Source of the DNA: Octopus sinensis
Taxonomy: Eukaryota
Assembly (NCBI RefSeq): GCF_006345805.1
Contig: NW_021835834.1
Coordinates: 1-38,578 of the forward strand
Length of the DNA stretch: 38,578 nucleotides
Direction: 5' to 3'
Both the position numbers and the translations under genes were made by a program. The notes below the pieces were generated by a model, which saw only the letters and a program-made list of their open reading frames with translations, was not told the origin of the DNA and did no database searches. The first letter of the stretch is position 1; every line of letters starts with the position of its first letter. Shown here one piece after another: positions 34,283-38,578 of this stretch.

Positions 34283-34690
34283 TAGGCGCATATAGGCGCA
34301 GGAGTGGCTGTGTGGTAAGTAGCTTGCTAACCAACCACATGGTTCCGGGTTCAATCCCACTGCGTGGCATCTTGGGCAAGTGTCTTCTGCTATAGCCCCG
34401 GGCCGACCAATGCCTTGTGAGTGAATTTGGTAGACGGAAACTGAAAGAAGCCTGTCGTATATATGTATATATATATATATAAGTGTGTGTGTATATGTTT
34501 GTGTCTGTGTTTGTCCCCCTAGCATTGCTTGACAACCGATGCTGGTGTGTTTACGTCCCCGTCACTTAGCGGTTCGGCAAAGTACTGGGCTTACAAAGAA
34601 TAAGTCCCGGGGTCGATTTGCTCGACTAATGGCGGTGCTCCAGCATGGCCGCAGTCAAATGACTGAAACAAGTAAAAGAGTAAAAGAGAA
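34283..34690 (+). mobile_element. SINE family A copy
   Basis: Head-to-tail match with a small internal deletion. Confidence 0.88.
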
Positions 34691-34723
34691 TATCATCCAG
34701 CTATAGAAACTCTGCCAGATCAG

Positions 34724-34756
<33 letters not shown>

Positions 34757-34983
34757 AAGCACCATTTGGATGTGGCCGTTGCCAGTACCACCAAACTGGC
34801 CCTCGCGCCGGTGGCACGTAAAACCACCCACTACTCTCTCTGAGTGTTTGGCGTTAGGAAGGGCATCCAGCTGTAGAAACTCTGCCAGATCAGATTGGAG
34901 TCTGGTTCGCCATACCTCAGTCAAATCGTCCAACCCATGCTAGCATGGACAACGGACGTTAAAAGATGATATATATATATATA

Positions 34984-35755
34984 CTAGCAGTATCGCCGGC
35001 TTTGCTCGGGTTTGTAAGGGAAATAACTATATAAGCATTTTTAGAGAGTTATAGCCAAAAAATAGCCAAAAAATGCATTGAAAATGGAAAAAAAATGATG
35101 GTAAATTTTTTTTAAATTGTTGACTCATTGTAGACATTTTTAGAGAGTTACTTCCCTTATATAATAGCGAAGAAAATGCATTAAAATGGGAAAAAAATTA
35201 CGGTAAATTTTTTTTTAAATCGTAGACTCATCGTAGTCGCGCGCTAATACCCAGAAGGGCTCGATATGAATCACGACTATAAGATACCCGCTTTTGGTTA
35301 AACTGCACCGCAAAATGTGGGAGTAGTTAGGAATCTAAATCGTAGGAGACAGACACACAACTTCACTTTTATATATAACTAGCAGTATCGCCCGGCGTTG
35401 CTCGGGTTTGTAAGGGAAATAACTATAAACCATTTTTAGAGAGTTATAGCCAAAAATTGCATTAAAAATGGAAAAAAAATGATGGTAAATTTTTTTTAAA
35501 TCGTTGAATCATTGTAGACATTTTTAGAGAGTTACTTCCCTTATATAATAGCGAAGAAAATGCATTAAAAATGGAAAAAAAAATTATGGTAAATTTTTTT
35601 TAAATCGTAGATGCGCGCTAATACCCAGAAGGGCTCAATATGAATCACGACTATAAGATACCCGGTTTTGGTTAAACTGCACTGCAAAATGTGGGAGTAG
35701 TTAGGAATCTAAATCGTAGGAGACAGACACACAACTTCACTTTTATATATAAAGA
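34984..35755 (-). mobile_element. Two head-to-tail non-autonomous Helitrons (34984-35378 and 35379-35755)
   Basis: Each starts on the plus strand with CTAG plus CGCCCGGCGTTGCTCGGG-like hairpin; reverse complement of 18290-18683. Confidence 0.85.
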
Positions 35756-36081
35756 TATATGTATGTATGTATGTATGTGTACGAGTATGTGGGATACATT
35801 TTCTCTATGGTTACAATTATGCTCCAGGTTACAATTATGCAGATGATGCTCATGAGGGCATCACCTGCTTGGCTTTTCCAAGCCGTCAGCCTCCCCATCA
35901 ACCGTGTTAATACTACAACCAATCGGAGCGCTTGCTACTGCATTGAGGCTATTTTTCTTCCTCCCCCCACACTTTCTTTTTTTTCCCCCTTTTAAAAAAT
36001 TTCTTTGTCTTTCTTTTGTAAATGCTATTAATTTAGATTAATTAAAAATACTATAAATATTTTTATTTATATATATATATA

Positions 36082-37498
36082 GGCGCAGGAGTGGCTGTGT
36101 GGTAAGTAGCTTGTCTACCAACCACATGGTTCCGGGTTCAGTCCACTGCGTGGCACCTTGGGCATGTGTCTTCTACTATAGCCTCGGGCCGACCAAAGCC
36201 TTGTGAGTGGATTTGGTAGACGGAAACTGAAAGAAGCCTGTCGCATATACGAGGGACGTTCAATAAGTAATGCCTCTGACCCACTTGCAGTTGTTTGATC
36301 TAGCTGAAATTTTGCATGTGCAATCATTTATATGGTCGCCCCCTTCTGCCATTGATGAGGCATCTGTCTGTCAAGTTGAGGCTGCCATTTTGGAAGATCG
36401 ACGCATAATTATTTGCCAAATAGCCCATGAGGTCAAGTTTAGTACCGGGTCTGTGGAAACTATCATTCATGACCATTTGCATATGCAAAAGGTGTCTGCC
36501 AGATGGATTCCCAGGTTGCTCACGCCTTTCCAGAAGCAAGAACGCGTCGAGTGCTCGAGGGTGAATTTGGAGATGTGCCAAGAAGATGAGTCAAAATTTT
36601 TCAAAAGACTGATTACACAGGATGAAACCTGGGTCCAGAGACCAAAGCCCAGTCAATGCAGTGGAAGCACCGTGACTCACCCCTCCAAAGAAGGCAAGGG
36701 TGCAGCCCTCTGCTGGCAAGGTCATGCTCACAGTCTTCTGGGACCAGGACGGAGTAGTGATGACAGATTTCCTGGCAAAGGGTACCACAATTGCAGGAGC
36801 CTATTATGCTTCACTTTTGAGGAAATTAAGAGAAGTTATCAAAATCAAGAGGCGGGGCAAGATCAGCAAAGGCATCCTCCTCCTGCAGGACAACGCTCCG
36901 GTCCACAACTCGCTTGTCGCCAGATCAGAAGCACAGGCGTATGGCTATGAACTCCTCCCCATCCCCCCTACTTTCCTGACCTTGCACCCTCTGATTTTCA
37001 CCTCTTCCAGCCATGAAGTTGTTTTTGAAAGGAAAGCGTTTCCCAGATGATGCAGCCTTGATTTCTGAAGTCACGTTGAGGTTGGAGGAACAAGCTGGGG
37101 TATTCTACAAAAACGGTCTCCAGAGCCGCATCAAACGATGGGAGAAATGCGTAACTCTGGGTGGTTCCTATGTAGAAAAAGACTAATAACTGTGCCAAGT
37201 TTCGTTGCTCTACTGCTATGGGAAGTGGGTCAGGGGCATTACTTATTGAACGCCCCTCGTATGTATATATATATAAGTGTGTGTATGTGTGTGTGTCTGT
37301 GTTTGTCCCCCTTGCATTGCTTGACAACCGATGCTGGTGTGTTTACGTCCCCGTCACTTAGTGGTTCGGCAAAAAGAGACCGATAGAATAAGTACTGGGC
37401 TTACAAAGAATAGTCCCGGGGTCGATTTGCTCGACTAAAGGGCGGTGCTCCAGCATGGCCGCAGTCAAATGACTGAAACAAGTAAAAGAGTAAAGAGT
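36082..37498 (+). mobile_element. SINE family A copy split by a mariner insertion
   Basis: 5' half at 36082-36247, 3' half at 37262-37498. Confidence 0.88.
36250..37259 (+). mobile_element. Mariner (DD34D) DNA transposon, internally deleted and frameshifted
   Basis: TIRs CGAGGGACGTTCAATAAGTAATGCC / GGCATTACTTATTGAACGCCCCTCG with TA on both sides; peptides WIPRLL, ITQDETWV, KVMLTVFWD, LLQDNAP, and across a frameshift PDLAPSDF. Confidence 0.95.
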
Positions 37499-37949
37499 AT
37501 ATATCATCTGGAAGGGGCAGAAGTCGGGTGTAAATATCCCCCCACCCTTCCACGTTTCAAACTTTTATTTCCAAAAATTACGATTTTGCCATAAACAAAA
37601 AAGAAGAGGAAGAAGAAGAAAGTATACGTGCAATGTTTCGGAGAAAGTTTACGAGAATTGAAAGTATTTGTTCGGCAATTTCCGTAAGAAATTAATATTT
37701 CTTTCATTGTATTTTTTCGCGCCAAATCGTTTATATTTACCTATTTTTGTGTATATATGCGTTTATGTGTGCATGTATGTATATTTTTGTGGGTAATTTC
37801 TATATAAATTTCCAAGCAAATACTTCCAGTTCTTGTATACTTTCATCCTTAAACTAGAATCCTGTCCAACTCGTGAATAACAAAAAGAGAAGTGTAAAAC
37901 AAGGAACGAAAGAAAAAATTAATTAATGACGCCGTTTTGGAAGTCTGCA

Positions 37950-38405
37950 TGTGTGAACGGACATCGCTCCTTTACTCATGTGAGGCATGGGCCCTTTACA
38001 AACGTCAATTAAGGGTCCTTGAACGCTTTCGTCAGAGACGTCTGAGACACTATCTAAATGTTGGCTGAACCTTAAAAACTCCAGACACACGAGTCCTGAG
38101 GACAGCTGATAGTTACATTGGACTGGACACCTTATTAGAATGAAGGATAGCAGAATCCCTAAGGAGATGCTATACGGGGAACTTGTGAATGGAAAGAGAC
38201 CCCGGCAGAAACCGAGGCTGCGATTTAAGGACTGTGTCAAGTCCTCATTAAAGTCCTGTTATATGCTGGAGACTAACTGGGAGAGCAATGCCTGTCATCA
38301 CCACAGATGGAAGAAGCAGGTTAAAGAGGAGGGCAAAACTTTTCAGAGAGCATATATTCTGTATGAATAATTTAAGCGTGCTGCTCGAAAGCGCATGGCT
38401 GTGTA
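37950..38405 (+). mobile_element. RTE-clade LINE ORF 3' fragment, degenerate
   Basis: LLYSCEAWALYKRQLRVLERF...WTGHLIRMKDSRIPKEMLYGELVNGKRPRQKPRLRFKD. Confidence 0.88.
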
Positions 38406-38409
38406 GTGA

Positions 38410-38578
38410 ATAGGGAAAGCTTGGTTAGCAATGTTTGCCGTCTTGTATGCTTGTCGGCGAAATTTGAACTCGGAACCTAACGGCAGACGAAGTACCAATT
38501 TCTTTACAAGGGGCTAAACACATAGAGGACAAACAAGGACAGACAGATGGATTAAGTCGATTACATCGACGCCAGTGC
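38410..38578 (-). mobile_element. SINE family C fragment
   Basis: Reverse complement of the 23230-23600 units. Confidence 0.75.

Noticed and set aside
35790-35960. GC-richer island with a duplicated GGTTACAATTATGC and a coding-like frame (YGYNYAPGYNYADD...)
   Set aside because: Short, with no convincing splice sites or recognisable homology.
1189-37386. Recurrent short ORFs such as MLGEQTQTH...PRSGTEPGTMWLVSKLL
   Set aside because: Translations of SINE family A copies.

Overview
AT-rich, repeat-dense eukaryotic genomic DNA. The SINE families and (TA)n/(GA)n/(CAT)n microsatellites match what I recall from Octopus genomes (recognition, not a search). Most of the window is mobile-element debris: tRNA-derived SINEs, CR1/L2-like and RTE LINE fragments, non-autonomous Helitrons, hAT-type MITEs and a decayed mariner. 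The ORF track misses a spliced minus-strand gene whose exons are all phase 1 with canonical AG/GT ends: two tandem 57-nt linker exons (31124-31068, 29925-29869), a 246-nt domain exon (27444-27199), a 39-nt linker exon (24138-24100), a paralogous 249-nt domain exon (21900-21652) and a terminal transmembrane/short-tail exon (17586-17387). A duplicated, strongly diverged second terminal exon (14919-14319) is interrupted by a SINE. The product is a single-pass receptor-like protein with two atypical, probably Ig-like domains that lack the canonical B/F cysteines. I could not find a signal-peptide exon. The exons diverge far more than their flanking introns. Other notable items are a ~42 x 63-bp minisatellite inside an intronic retro-element, a minimal Penelope-type hammerhead ribozyme motif and a ~250-bp palindrome. 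Repeat boundaries are hand-read and approximate unless a TSD or TIR is quoted.
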